Shown one piece after another: positions 1 through 10,057 of a stretch of DNA of 64,000 nucleotides. A model generated the notes under the pieces. It worked only from the letters and a program-made list of their open reading frames with translations, made no database searches and was not told the DNA's origin. The stretch is from Planctomycetaceae bacterium. Lineage in GTDB: Bacteria > Planctomycetota > Phycisphaerae > Phycisphaerales > UBA5793. Numbering within the stretch: position 1 is the first letter of the stretch; each line of letters begins with the position of its first letter. The stretch lies in contig JBDZVA010000002.1 in assembly GCA_040255465.1 (NCBI GenBank), positions 932,375 through 996,374 on the forward strand. The letters run 5' to 3'. Made by a program: the position numbers and the translations under genes.

Positions 1-882
1 CGCATCTCCGGCGGAGCGCAGGTGTTTGTTCAGAACACTCCGATTGGGAGGTTTGCACGCGTGTTCCGGGCGCCTTTGGCGCTGGATGACGACCCGCAGA
101 TGCTTAACCAAGTAGTAGACGAGCTTGAACATCTGGCACACAGGCACTCGTATGTATCCGTACGCGTGGACACGCTGCCCACGCAGACCGCCGCGCGTGA
201 AGCGCTAGAGCGAGCGGGCTATCGGGCGAGCCAAGCGTGGGCACCGCCACACCGCTCTTTGGTCATTCGTCTAAGCTATTCCGATGATGAACTTCTTTCG
301 CGCATGAGACGAAAGACCCGATACGATGTCCGATTCGCTGAGCGGGCCGGCGTCCAGGTGAAAACTGGCGATGCCGCCTCGATTGACGAGTTCTTCGATC
401 TCTACTCGATGAGCGCCTCATTTCAGGAGTACGTGCCCTTTGCGAAGGAGTACTTTGTGTACCTCTGGCAGCTCTTTGGCAAACACGGTAAGGCGATCCT
501 GTGCATCGCATCTCACAGCAACGAGCCGTTGGCGGCCATTTTGAGCGTGGTATCCGGCAATCGAATGTACGCGGGATGGATCGGCACGAATCGAGGCGAC
601 TCCGAGCGCAAGTTCCGCGCTCAGACGCTTTTGCACTTCAATGCAATGTGCCGCGGACGGGACCTTGGTTGCGACCTGCTGGATCTGCAGGACAATCGCG
701 AATACAAGCGCAAGTTCACCGATGAGGAGATCGAATGGCCCACTCCGATGCGCAAGTTCTACGGACCATTGCGCGGCCCGCGTCATCGTTTCATGCGATG
801 GTCATCATCCAATCCGTACCTGCATCGGATGGTGCGGCGTGTGTCAAATCGACTTGGACTGCATCCGAGGATGCCCTACTGA
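1..882 (+). CDS. FemAB-family (GNAT-fold) protein of the PEP-CTERM-locus type; 5' end lies outside the window
   Basis: ORF track 22..882. The frame stays open through nt 1-21, so the gene is cut by the window edge. The pattern RKTRYDVRFAERAGV...FFDLY...YAGWIGTN...LLDLQ fits FemAB/CelD-like acyltransferases, a family that recurs in exosortase EPS loci. Confidence 0.6.
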   Translation, partial: RISGGAQVFVQNTPIGRFARVFRAPLALDDDPQMLNQVVDELEHLAHRHSYVSVRVDTLPTQTAAREALERAGYRASQAWAPPHRSLVIRLSYSDDELLSRMRRKTRYDVRFAERAGVQVKTGDAASIDEFFDLYSMSASFQEYVPFAKEYFVYLWQLFGKHGKAILCIASHSNEPLAAILSVVSGNRMYAGWIGTNRGDSERKFRAQTLLHFNAMCRGRDLGCDLLDLQDNREYKRKFTDEEIEWPTPMRKFYGPLRGPRHRFMRWSSSNPYLHRMVRRVSNRLGLHPRMPY

Positions 883-949
883 CGGGCCGTAGGTGTTCGT
901 TGCGGCGGCTCTCCCCTGCTCGTATTCGTTACACGCTGAAGATAGTATC

Positions 950-1957
950 ATGAGCCGTGTTGGCATTATTATTATTGGACGCAATGAAGGCGAGCGACTC
1001 TTGCCCGCATTTCGCGCCGCGCGAAAGTCAGGCGAAGTAGCCGTATACGTCGATTCGGCGTCGACCGACAACAGCGTCGAACTGGCGCATCAGGCAGGTC
1101 TGGAAACGGTCGTGCTCTCATCGGATGTTCCCCTCTCAGCGGCGCGGGGTCGCAATGCCGGATTCCAACATCTCATGAATCGGAACCCGTCTCTCCAGTA
1201 CATCCAGTTTGTCGATGGCGACAGCGAACTCGACGCAGCGTGGCTAGCCACGGCACAGAGCGAACTTGATCGAGATGAGAGCGTGTCCATCGTGTGCGGA
1301 CAACTGCGTGAGCGGTTTCCAGACCAATCAATCTACAGCCTGCTCTGCGATCTGGAGTGGCGCAAACCTACCGGAGAGATCCCATACTGTGGCGGGATCT
1401 TCATGGTCCGTGCCGACGTCTTTTCGAAGGCGAAGGGATTTGATCCGTCCGTCCCAGCGGGCGAAGAGCCCGAGCTGTGCAGCCGCATTCGTGCCGCCGG
1501 AGGGCGCATTGTGCGTCTCGACCAGCCCATGGCAATCCACGATGCGAATATGACCCGGTTTGGGCAATGGTGGACACGGAACTTCCGCACTGGATATGGC
1601 GGGCTTGACATACAAGAACGGTTCGGTCAACTCGGTTTCAGCAAGATCAACCGCAGCGCCTGGATTTGGGCGGTCGGCTGGCCGGTCACCGTTGCCGTCG
1701 CGGCGTTGCTCGGTCTTCTCTTTGGCGGCTTAGTATCGGCTCTGCTGTGCGGAGGATCCGCAGCGGCGATCCTGCCTGCACAAGTCATCAGGCTCGCTTT
1801 CAGGACAAAAGGCGTTGAACTGTCCTGGAGCCAGGCTGTGGCGTGTGCGTCAATGACTCTGCTCTCAAAGGTTGCTCAACTCCAGGGCCAGATCTATTGG
1901 TATCTGCATCACCGGGCGCGTCCGAACACTTCTGCGCCCGCTGCCCAATCGGCTTGA
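950..1957 (+). CDS. Family 2 glycosyltransferase with C-terminal membrane segment
   Basis: In-frame ATG at 950 within ORF 893..1957. GT-A signatures: VGIIIIGRNEGERL, VYVDSASTDNS, FVDGDSEL (DxD). Hydrophobic helices near the C-terminus (WIWAVGWPVTVAVAALLGLLFGGLV). Confidence 0.8.
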   Translation: MSRVGIIIIGRNEGERLLPAFRAARKSGEVAVYVDSASTDNSVELAHQAGLETVVLSSDVPLSAARGRNAGFQHLMNRNPSLQYIQFVDGDSELDAAWLATAQSELDRDESVSIVCGQLRERFPDQSIYSLLCDLEWRKPTGEIPYCGGIFMVRADVFSKAKGFDPSVPAGEEPELCSRIRAAGGRIVRLDQPMAIHDANMTRFGQWWTRNFRTGYGGLDIQERFGQLGFSKINRSAWIWAVGWPVTVAVAALLGLLFGGLVSALLCGGSAAAILPAQVIRLAFRTKGVELSWSQAVACASMTLLSKVAQLQGQIYWYLHHRARPNTSAPAAQSA

Positions 1958-2002
1958 TCTGATGATCCCATCTGCTTCGATACACCGCACTGACTGAATC
2001 TG

Positions 2003-2575
2003 ATGGCCCGCAAGCCTCTCATCTTTGGTCGATCGGACAGCAATTGGATTGCCGATCTGCAGCGGTACCCGTCGCGTCCGTTCCTGCGTGAGCAATCGAT
2101 CTGGGCGATTGCCGTGTACCGGTTTGGCCGCCGTGTCGATGCGCGTCGGAGCGGTCCGCTGAAGTGGGTTCTTGCCAAAGTGTACTGGACGATCTATCGC
2201 GTTGTTGAAACGCTCACCGGCATCACGTTGCCCAAAGAATGCACCATCGGTCCGGGTCTGCGAATCTGGCACTTTGGAAATATCATCGTACATAGCGACT
2301 CGGTCATCGGTGCGCGATGTTCGCTGCGACACGGTGTCACCATTGGCAGTCGCCAGGACGATGGACCGACTCCGGTCATCGGAGATGATGTGAACATCGG
2401 TGCATACGCACAGATTCTCGGCGGGATTACCGTCGGCTCTGGCGCCAAGATCGGCGCCATGACTTTAGTACTTCATGATGTGCCCGCCGGCGCCACGGTG
2501 GTTGGCAATCCCGGCCGCGTCGTCGCCAAGAACAGAGCGTCCACCGTGTCAGACTTCGCCAATGCCAGCGCTTAG
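2003..2575 (+). CDS. Hexapeptide-repeat O-acetyltransferase (serine acetyltransferase/WcaB-like)
   Basis: Left-handed beta-helix repeats: IGPGLRIWHFGNIIVHSDSVIGARCSLRHGVTIGS...IGDDVNIGAYAQILGGITVGSGAKIGAMTLV. Confidence 0.8.
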   Translation: MARKPLIFGRSDSNWIADLQRYPSRPFLREQSIWAIAVYRFGRRVDARRSGPLKWVLAKVYWTIYRVVETLTGITLPKECTIGPGLRIWHFGNIIVHSDSVIGARCSLRHGVTIGSRQDDGPTPVIGDDVNIGAYAQILGGITVGSGAKIGAMTLVLHDVPAGATVVGNPGRVVAKNRASTVSDFANASA

Positions 2576-3686
2576 CACCACACTTCCTATCGAAACCGTC
2601 ACTCATACTTCGACTCAGTCGTCACGAGCTCAACGACGTGTCTCAAGCGCCATCGTCGGCTGTGGAAAGATTTCCGAACAGCATCTGCTCGTGTTGAAGG
2701 AAATGGCAAACGTCTCGATTACATCGCTCTGCGACCAGTCAGCGGCGCTCGCTCGATTCTCGGCCCAACGATTCGGTGTGGGTGGGTGGCACACGGATCT
2801 GGCCGAGATGCTTGAAGCGTGCCGGCCGGATGTGGTTCACATTCTGACACCGCCGGCTACGCACGAGTCGATCGCCCGTACGTGTATGGCCGCCGGCGCA
2901 CACGTGATCGTCGAGAAGCCGGTCGCCCTTTCCAATCCAGAATTTCAAGACACTTGGAAGTGCGCTTGCCAGCACGGCGTACGGCTGATCGAGAATCACA
3001 ACTATCGATTCAACGGCCCGGTTGCATGGCTTGATCAGACCATAGCCAGAGGCACCATCGGTCGCGTTGAAGAAGTTGAAGTTCGAATGGCACTACGGAT
3101 CCGTGATGGTGGGCGCTACGCGGATCAGAATGCGCCGCACCCGAGCCACAAACTCCCGGCTGGCGTAATTCACGAGTTCATCTCACATCTGTGCTATCTC
3201 GCACTGCAGTTCTTTCCGACGGATCCCAAATCTATCCGAGCGGATTGGCGGAATCTGGGTGCGGACAAGTTGTTCAAGTATGACGATCTGGATGCATTGG
3301 TTCGGTTTCCGACAGGCACGGCCCGACTGCGATTCACCTGCCAGCACTGGCCCGACGAATTCAGCATCACAGCTCGCGGAACTGCTGGGCAGGCATACGC
3401 CGAACTCTTCTATCCGACGTGTCGCCTCACTCGGCGGCGAGGAGGAAGCCAGCATCTCGTGCCGACGCTGAATTCGCTGAGTGCGGCAAGAGCGTCACTC
3501 ACTTCAGGAATCGGCGGTCTCTGGAACAAGATCGCCGGGCGGACCGCGTATGAGGGACTTGAGCGATTCCTTCAGGAGACTTATGTCGCGCTGGCGAACG
3601 GCACCGAGCCTCCAGTCACCTATTCCGACATGGATCGCACCAGCCGACTGATCGACGCCCTGTTATTGCCGGAGAATCAGGTTTGA
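2562..3686 (+). CDS. Gfo/Idh/MocA-family NAD(P)-dependent sugar oxidoreductase
   Basis: Internal ATG at 2562 of ORF 2475..3686 overlaps the upstream stop, and the upstream part of the ORF is Pro/Arg-rich junk. Rossmann start IVGCGKISEQHL, EKP motif (VIVEKPVAL). Confidence 0.75.
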   Translation: MPALSTTLPIETVTHTSTQSSRAQRRVSSAIVGCGKISEQHLLVLKEMANVSITSLCDQSAALARFSAQRFGVGGWHTDLAEMLEACRPDVVHILTPPATHESIARTCMAAGAHVIVEKPVALSNPEFQDTWKCACQHGVRLIENHNYRFNGPVAWLDQTIARGTIGRVEEVEVRMALRIRDGGRYADQNAPHPSHKLPAGVIHEFISHLCYLALQFFPTDPKSIRADWRNLGADKLFKYDDLDALVRFPTGTARLRFTCQHWPDEFSITARGTAGQAYAELFYPTCRLTRRRGGSQHLVPTLNSLSAARASLTSGIGGLWNKIAGRTAYEGLERFLQETYVALANGTEPPVTYSDMDRTSRLIDALLLPENQV

Positions 3687-4750
3687 AGCTGCTTGTGACC
3701 GGTGCGACGGGATTCCTGGGTCGTCACGTCGTGGCCGCGGCCGTCGAACGCGGCCATGAGGTGCGCGCGCTTGTTCGCGCGGGCACAAGAAGCCTCCCCG
3801 ATGGCTGGGATGGCCACTCAGCAATCGAAGTCGCGCGTGGCGACCTGCGCAATCGTGCAAACCTGCCCGCTGTGGTCGGCGGAATCGATTGCGTTATCCA
3901 CCTCGCAGCCTCAAAGGCAGGCGACCTCTACGAACAACTTGGCGGAACAGTCATCGCCACTGAGAATCTGTTGGACGCCATGGTCAACCTTGGTGTGAAC
4001 AACATTGTCCTCACGAGTTCTTTTGCAGTCTATGAGTACCTCCATCAGATGGCCTGGACCCGCCTGGACGAGGGTTCTGCGCTAGCCGATGAGCCGGGCA
4101 ATCGAGATGAGTATTGCCAGACCAAGCTTTTTCAGGAGCAGCTCGTCCGCGAGTATGCAAGAGCGAACGACTGGCGGCTGGTGGTACTTCGTCCCGGCGT
4201 CGTCTTTGGCAGGGAAAACCTGTGGACGGCACGACTGGGCGCGACCATCGGAGATCGTTGGTGCATCCGCATTGGATCCTTTGCCCCCTTGCCGCTGACC
4301 TACGTCGAGAATTGCGCCGACGCAGTAGTGCGAGGCGCGGAGTATTCAGGGAACGAACAGGAACTGATTGTGAACATCGTGGACGATCACCTTCCGTCCC
4401 AGCGGACCTACCTGCGGAGCGTGCGACACCACATTGGCGCCGGCCTGCGCATTGTTCCACTGCCGTGGTGGATCCACCGTGCAATTGCCAGATTGGCTTG
4501 GGTGACCAGCGAAGTGGCTTTCAAGGGCCGGGCCAAGGTACCGGGAGTTTTGGTACCGAGCAAGATCCACGCTCGTTGCAAGCCGCGTCGATACGACAAC
4601 ACTCGGGCGAAGTCCCAACTCGGCTGGAATCCAAGATTCACCTGGCGTGAGGGCGTCATGCGAGCGATTGATACCTCCACGGCACCGGACACTGTCCCCC
4701 ACTCTGTGCGCGTCACCCAACCGAAGTCCACCATGGTGGCAACAACATGA
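3683..4750 (+). CDS. NAD-dependent epimerase/dehydratase (extended SDR)
   Basis: MKLLVTGATGFLGRHV glycine-rich NAD motif and YCQTK (YxxxK) catalytic motif. TTGA start/stop overlap with the upstream gene. Confidence 0.85.
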   Translation: MKLLVTGATGFLGRHVVAAAVERGHEVRALVRAGTRSLPDGWDGHSAIEVARGDLRNRANLPAVVGGIDCVIHLAASKAGDLYEQLGGTVIATENLLDAMVNLGVNNIVLTSSFAVYEYLHQMAWTRLDEGSALADEPGNRDEYCQTKLFQEQLVREYARANDWRLVVLRPGVVFGRENLWTARLGATIGDRWCIRIGSFAPLPLTYVENCADAVVRGAEYSGNEQELIVNIVDDHLPSQRTYLRSVRHHIGAGLRIVPLPWWIHRAIARLAWVTSEVAFKGRAKVPGVLVPSKIHARCKPRRYDNTRAKSQLGWNPRFTWREGVMRAIDTSTAPDTVPHSVRVTQPKSTMVATT

Positions 4751-6036
4751 TCGACGAGAAGATCGTGCAATACATCACTCCAATCGGCATCGGCGCCCCG
4801 TGGGTGGCAACGGAAGTGCACGCGATGATCGAGGGTGGAATCTCCTGCCGCCTGAGTGCGCTGCACAAGCCAACCGCAACCTGGTTCTCCGCGGATTGGG
4901 CAAACACACTTCACGAACAAACAGAGTCAATCTATCCACTCGGGTCGAGAGTGGTATTCTCGGTGCTGTCAGCCCCGTTCCGGTTCCGGACCCGTTTTGT
5001 TTCGGCTCTGACCAATGCATTGTTTGGAAAGCGCGAAAGTGTCACAAAGCGAGCCGCTGCACTGGCTCACCTGTTCGTAGCCTGTCACTGGGCTCGTGGG
5101 CTTGACCCGAATGAAGTCGGTCTGATCCATGCGCAGTGGATCCATGCGTCGGCGACAGTCGGCATGTACGCCGCGTGGCTTACTGGTATCCCGTTTTCTT
5201 TCACAGGCCACGCCGTTGACCTCTTCCGCGATCGGGTCGCGCTCAACGACAAGATTCGCCGGGCCAGGTTTATCGTGTGTATTTCGAGCTTTCACCGCCA
5301 GTTCTACCTGGATCACGGAGCCGATGACTCACAACTGATTACAGTTCACTGCGGGATCGAAACGGAGATGTATGAATTCCGTTTGCGCGAATCTCTGCCC
5401 GAAGTTCCGCACGTCATTTCCATTGGCCGTCTCATCGAGAAGAAAGGATTCGGGTACCTGATCGATGCGTGTGGCATGCTTCGCGATCGTGGAGTATCCA
5501 TCCGCTGTACGATCGCTGGTGACGGACCATTGATGGGTCCGCTTCGCCAGCGCGTTCAGGATCTCAATCTCGATGCAGTCGTTGAGATCACCGGCAAGGC
5601 CGTGCTCCAGGAGCAGATGGCTGAGTTCATGCACTCCGGCGACCTGTTTGCCCAGCCGTGCGTCTGGTCGAGCGATAACGACGTCGATGGCACCCCCCGG
5701 ACGCTGATGGAAGCCATGGCCTGCGGAGTGCCAAGCGTGTCTACTCGACTGGCGGGCATTCCGGACATCATTGAAGAAGGTGTCTCAGGATTGCTCGTAG
5801 AGCCCAACAGCGTCACCGACCTTGCAGATGCTCTTGAGCGATTGATCAATGAGCCAGGCCTGGTGGGAACATTGAGCCGTGGCGGCAGAGCGCACATCGA
5901 GAGGGAATTTCAACTTCCCGATTGTCTTGCCGCCCTTGAATCCAAGTTTCGCAGCCTGTTGCAGCAGCGCGAATCCGAATTGCCGATCGCAACCCAACCT
6001 CCTGCCAAGACACCGCACACGGCAGGTGTTCAATGA
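4747..6036 (+). CDS. Family 4 (GT-B) glycosyltransferase, WcaL-like
   Basis: C-terminal GT-B donor-binding pattern: ISIGRLIEKKG...TIAGDGP...PRTLMEAMACGVPSVSTRLAGIPDIIEEGVSGLLVEP. ATGA overlap with the upstream gene. Confidence 0.8.
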   Translation: MIDEKIVQYITPIGIGAPWVATEVHAMIEGGISCRLSALHKPTATWFSADWANTLHEQTESIYPLGSRVVFSVLSAPFRFRTRFVSALTNALFGKRESVTKRAAALAHLFVACHWARGLDPNEVGLIHAQWIHASATVGMYAAWLTGIPFSFTGHAVDLFRDRVALNDKIRRARFIVCISSFHRQFYLDHGADDSQLITVHCGIETEMYEFRLRESLPEVPHVISIGRLIEKKGFGYLIDACGMLRDRGVSIRCTIAGDGPLMGPLRQRVQDLNLDAVVEITGKAVLQEQMAEFMHSGDLFAQPCVWSSDNDVDGTPRTLMEAMACGVPSVSTRLAGIPDIIEEGVSGLLVEPNSVTDLADALERLINEPGLVGTLSRGGRAHIEREFQLPDCLAALESKFRSLLQQRESELPIATQPPAKTPHTAGVQ

Positions 6037-7007
6037 TTATCTCTCAAACGCCCTATCGCGTGTCCTTTGCTGGTGGTGGCACGGATCTGCCCGCGTTCTA
6101 TGAGGGCGATCCCGGGGCGGTGTTGAGCGTCACCATCAATCGGCACATGTACGTTGCAGTTCACACGCGATTCGAACCCACGTTTCGAATCGCCTACTCG
6201 CGCATCGAATTGGCGAGCCACCTTCAGCAGATTGAGCATGAACTGGTGCGTGAAGCGCTCACAACGACAGGCGTTGCTGAACCCATCGAAGTCACGACCA
6301 TTGGCGATGTTCCGGCAGGAACCGGCATGGGGTCCAGCAGCACGCTAACGGTGGGGTTGCTCAATGCGTTCTATGCCATTCGCGGGCAGATCGCATCCGC
6401 AGCAAGACTTGCTGAGGAGGCGTGCGCCATTGAGATTGACAAGCTTGGCAAACCGATTGGACGCCAGGACCAGTATGCCGCAGCGTTCGGTGGATTGAAC
6501 CTGATTCGTTTCAATCCAGATCACTCAGTCAACGTGCAGCCGGTGCCATGCCGGAGAGACACGCTCGACGAACTTCAGCGACGCTCGCTACTCTTGTACA
6601 CCAATCAGACCCGAAGCGCCGACGGCATCCTCAAAAAGCAAAGCGAAGGCACGCGCGCCAAGGCAGCCGTGCTAACAGACATGCGGGAGCTCGCGTACCA
6701 GATGCGAGAAGTCCTCAGCGGGAACGGAGACCTAGATGACTTCGCCACACTTCTCCACGAGGGCTGGTGCCTGAAACGGTCACTCGGTTTCGGTATTACC
6801 GACGACTCCATTGATTCCTGGTACGAGGCCGCACGGCGGGCCGGAGCTCAAGGCGGCAAACTGCTGGGCGCCGGTGGCGGCGGATTCATTTTGCTCATGG
6901 CGCCACCCGAGCGACACGAAGCGATCCGCGAGGCCCTTGGGCGACCGAAGGAATTGGAATTCTCGATCGACCCACTTGGAAGTCGCATCATCTTTATCAG
7001 CGGGTGA
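6033..7007 (+). CDS. hddA: GHMP-family D-glycero-alpha-D-manno-heptose 7-phosphate kinase
   Basis: N-terminus MIISQTPYRVSFAGGGTDLPAFY and GHMP motif PAGTGMGSSS. Sits directly beside the gmhA and hddC-gmhB genes. Confidence 0.8.
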   Translation: MIISQTPYRVSFAGGGTDLPAFYEGDPGAVLSVTINRHMYVAVHTRFEPTFRIAYSRIELASHLQQIEHELVREALTTTGVAEPIEVTTIGDVPAGTGMGSSSTLTVGLLNAFYAIRGQIASAARLAEEACAIEIDKLGKPIGRQDQYAAAFGGLNLIRFNPDHSVNVQPVPCRRDTLDELQRRSLLLYTNQTRSADGILKKQSEGTRAKAAVLTDMRELAYQMREVLSGNGDLDDFATLLHEGWCLKRSLGFGITDDSIDSWYEAARRAGAQGGKLLGAGGGGFILLMAPPERHEAIREALGRPKELEFSIDPLGSRIIFISG

Positions 7008-7066
7008 ACCCTTGGCGGTTTCAAGCGAGAAGCGTTAGCCGCGCCCGCCCACATGAAGGCTCCATC

Positions 7067-7666
7067 ATGACTCACACGGTTGCAAACTCAGCTCGCAGTT
7101 ATCTGACCACATTGGCAGACCATGCATCGAGGCTGGACTCTGCAGTAATCGATCGTTACGCCGATCTGATTTACGATGCTTGGCGAAACAAGCGCCGCGT
7201 GTTCGTGTTCGGCAATGGCGGCAGCGCGCTGACGGCGAGCCATCATGTGTGCGATTATGTCAAGACTGCGGAAGTCGCCACTCAGCGCCGACTGCAAGCA
7301 TTTAGTCTGGTTGACAATCCCGGCCTGACCACAGCCATCGGGAACGACATCGACTACGACTCAACCTTTGTCTATCCACTCGAGTCGTATGCTGAAGCGG
7401 GAGATGTGGCCGTCGCGATCAGCGCCTCGGGCAATTCACCGAACGTAGTCAAAGCTTGCCAGTGGGCAAAAGCTCATGAGATGACTGTGGTCGCGATGAC
7501 CGGCTTTAATGGCGGGAAGATTGGTACGATGGCCGATCTTCACATCAACGCTCCGAGCGACAACTATGGCATCATCGAAGACCTGCACATGTCGATCGGT
7601 CACATCGCCGCACAGTTGCTTCAGCAGCGCGTGGCGGCGGCAGCTCTCGCTGCACAGAGCGCATGA
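7067..7666 (+). CDS. gmhA: Phosphoheptose isomerase (SIS domain)
   Basis: ATG at 7067 within ORF 7004..7666. SIS motifs VFVFGNGGSALTASH, VAISASGNSPNV and EDLHMSIGH. Confidence 0.85.
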   Translation: MTHTVANSARSYLTTLADHASRLDSAVIDRYADLIYDAWRNKRRVFVFGNGGSALTASHHVCDYVKTAEVATQRRLQAFSLVDNPGLTTAIGNDIDYDSTFVYPLESYAEAGDVAVAISASGNSPNVVKACQWAKAHEMTVVAMTGFNGGKIGTMADLHINAPSDNYGIIEDLHMSIGHIAAQLLQQRVAAAALAAQSA

Positions 7667-9015
7667 CCAAGATCAAGGCCGTCATCCTCGCTGCCGGCTT
7701 GGGCACGCGGTTGCGTCCGCTCACGGATCGCATGCCGAAGTGCCTGGTTCCGCTTGGACCCCGCGATGCCGCTCGTCCACTTCTCGACTTCTGGCTCGAT
7801 CTTCTTGGCGACGCCGGCGTCCGCGAGATCTTGGTCAACACGCACGTGTTTCGCGACCAGATGGTCGAGTACTTCACCTCGCGAGCGAGCGGTGGTTGCC
7901 GCGACCTTGTTGAGGCGCATGAACCGACGCTGTTGGGATCGGCGGGCACCATCATGGCGAATGGCACGTTTGCCGACGATGCGACGCACATCATCATCAT
8001 TTACGCAGACAATTTGAGCGATATCAACCTCTCGACCATGCTTGCGTTTCACAAGTCGCACGCGGATCCAGTCACGATGCTGCTTTTCCGAACAACCAAA
8101 CCAAGCCAATGCGGCATCTCCGAGTTAGATGCCGAGAAGCGGATTGTCTCATTTGTTGAGAAGCCGAGCAAACCCGTCAGCAATCTAGCCAACGCGGGCG
8201 TCTACATCTTCGACGCCAAAGCGTATCGAGAGGTTGGCGCGATGGGTGCATTCGACCTGGGGCACGACGTGCTCCCGCGGTTTGTGGGGCGCATGCGTGG
8301 GTGGGAGTGGAGTGGGTATCACCGTGATATCGGAACGCTCGATGCCTACGAGCGAGCACTGCACGACGCGCACGGATTGCTTTCCGCTCGCGGTGCAGAT
8401 GTGCATGGTCGCTTTCCTGCGGTGTTTCTCGACCGCGATGGAACGCTGATTGAGCACGTTCACTATCTGGCCGAGCCGAATCTGGTCCGCATTCTTCCCG
8501 GCGTATCCGAATCGCTCAGGCAGCTTCGCGCAATCGGCTTTCGAACGATCGTGGTCAGCAACCAGTCCGTCGTTGGGCGCGGCATGGCCACCCAGGCTCA
8601 AATGGAGGCAGTCAATCGCCGGATGTGTGAATTGCTCGCCGAGGAGGGTGCGGTGCTTGACGCGATCTACACCTGTACAGATGTGCCCACCACGACAAAT
8701 CGAACGGAAGTCCAGCAGCCAAACCGAAAACCGGGACCGGGCATGCTCATTCAAGCAGCTCGGGAGCACCACATCGATCTGACCCGATCCTGGATGGTCG
8801 GCGACATGGTCAGCGACATTCTGGCGGGTCACAACGCCGGATGCCGCGGCTCCATCTTTGTCGACACGGGCAAGGGAGATACCGCTGATGATGGGCTTGA
8901 GGGTTTGGCCTTCAAGCGTTGTGCGGACCTCTGTGCTGCCACAGAGCACATCCTCGGCCAAGAGCGGAGCGTCGAAGACGAATTTGCAAGTCCACCGGAA
9001 GGGAAGCTCGCATGA
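7663..9015 (+). CDS. Bifunctional fusion: heptose-1-phosphate nucleotidyl(guanylyl)transferase (HddC-like) plus D,D-heptose 1,7-bisphosphate phosphatase (GmhB-like HAD)
   Basis: N-terminal NTP-transferase fold (KAVILAAGLGTRLRPLTDRMPKCLVP, GSAGT, EKP...NAGVYIF). C-terminal HAD-IIIA motifs (VFLDRDGTLI, VVSNQSVVGRG, RKPGPGM, MVGDMVSDILAGHNAG). Confidence 0.8.
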   Translation: MTKIKAVILAAGLGTRLRPLTDRMPKCLVPLGPRDAARPLLDFWLDLLGDAGVREILVNTHVFRDQMVEYFTSRASGGCRDLVEAHEPTLLGSAGTIMANGTFADDATHIIIIYADNLSDINLSTMLAFHKSHADPVTMLLFRTTKPSQCGISELDAEKRIVSFVEKPSKPVSNLANAGVYIFDAKAYREVGAMGAFDLGHDVLPRFVGRMRGWEWSGYHRDIGTLDAYERALHDAHGLLSARGADVHGRFPAVFLDRDGTLIEHVHYLAEPNLVRILPGVSESLRQLRAIGFRTIVVSNQSVVGRGMATQAQMEAVNRRMCELLAEEGAVLDAIYTCTDVPTTTNRTEVQQPNRKPGPGMLIQAAREHHIDLTRSWMVGDMVSDILAGHNAGCRGSIFVDTGKGDTADDGLEGLAFKRCADLCAATEHILGQERSVEDEFASPPEGKLA

Positions 9016-10025
9016 GGATTCTGTGCACGGGTGGAGCGGGGTATGTCGGCAGTGCCTGCCTTCGCTGGCTGATAGCTCACGGCCACGAGCCGATCGCATA
9101 CGATGACCTGTCGACGGGCAACGCGGCAGCAGTACCAGACAAACGACTGGTCGTGGGCGACATCCTCGACAAGGAAGCGCTGGCCCAGGCGATGACCAGC
9201 CATCGCATCGACGCGGTCATGCACTTTGCCGCTGTGGCATCGGTTCCGGACTCAATCCGCGATCCCGCAAACTACTGGAACGTCAATGTGGTTGGCACCA
9301 AGATGGTGCTCGATGCGATGCTCGAATGCGGCGTGAAACTCTTACTCTTCAGCTCCACCGCAGCCACATATGAGTTCACAGATCGCATGCCGTTGACCGA
9401 AGACTCTCCACAGCGCCCGCAAGTTCCATACGGCACCACCAAACTCGCGTGCGAGAGGCTGATTGCTGACTATGCCAGAGCGTACGATTTGGGCTATACA
9501 TTCCTGCGCTACTTCAATGCATCCGGAGCCGACTCCGACGGGCAATTCGGAGAATCACGACCCAGCGAGAGTCATCTCATCCCATTGACGCTTTATGTCG
9601 CGCTGGGACGGCGCGAGAAGCTGCAAGTCTTCGGCACAGATTTTCCGACGCGCGACGGGTCGTGCGTGCGCGATTACGTGCACACTGAGGATTTGGCGCA
9701 AGCCCACCAGCTGGCAATCGAATCGCTCAAGCCAGGAATTGGGAGGGCGTTCAATATCGGCTCGGGCACCGGTACAACCGTACTCGAAGTGCACAAGGCG
9801 TGCGAGGAAGTTGTGGGCCGATCAATTCCCGTAGCCAAAGTTGATCGTCGACCGGGCGATCCGGCAACGCTCATTGCCGATCCCGCCCGCCTCGAGGCCA
9901 CGTTCGGCTGGAAGCCGCGCCATCCCGAGATTCGCTCAATCGTCGAGACCGCGTGGCGCTGGCACAAGAACTTTCCGAATGGCTATACCAGCAAGAGAGC
10001 GAGCGAGCCTGCAAGTGCAGGCTGA
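9012..10025 (+). CDS. galE: UDP-glucose 4-epimerase
   Basis: ATG at 9012 (ATGA overlap) inside ORF 8919..10025. MRILCTGGAGYVGS, YGTTK (YxxxK), and the RYFNASGA and DGSCVRDYVHTEDLA blocks typical of GalE. Confidence 0.85.
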   Translation: MRILCTGGAGYVGSACLRWLIAHGHEPIAYDDLSTGNAAAVPDKRLVVGDILDKEALAQAMTSHRIDAVMHFAAVASVPDSIRDPANYWNVNVVGTKMVLDAMLECGVKLLLFSSTAATYEFTDRMPLTEDSPQRPQVPYGTTKLACERLIADYARAYDLGYTFLRYFNASGADSDGQFGESRPSESHLIPLTLYVALGRREKLQVFGTDFPTRDGSCVRDYVHTEDLAQAHQLAIESLKPGIGRAFNIGSGTGTTVLEVHKACEEVVGRSIPVAKVDRRPGDPATLIADPARLEATFGWKPRHPEIRSIVETAWRWHKNFPNGYTSKRASEPASAG

Positions 10026-10057
10026 ATCTGTGCAGTCGGGGTATTGACTCACCGCAA

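Noticed and set aside
8185-9099. 304-aa minus-strand ORF
   Set aside because: Antisense to the HddC-GmhB fusion gene, which has clear NTP-transferase and HAD motifs.
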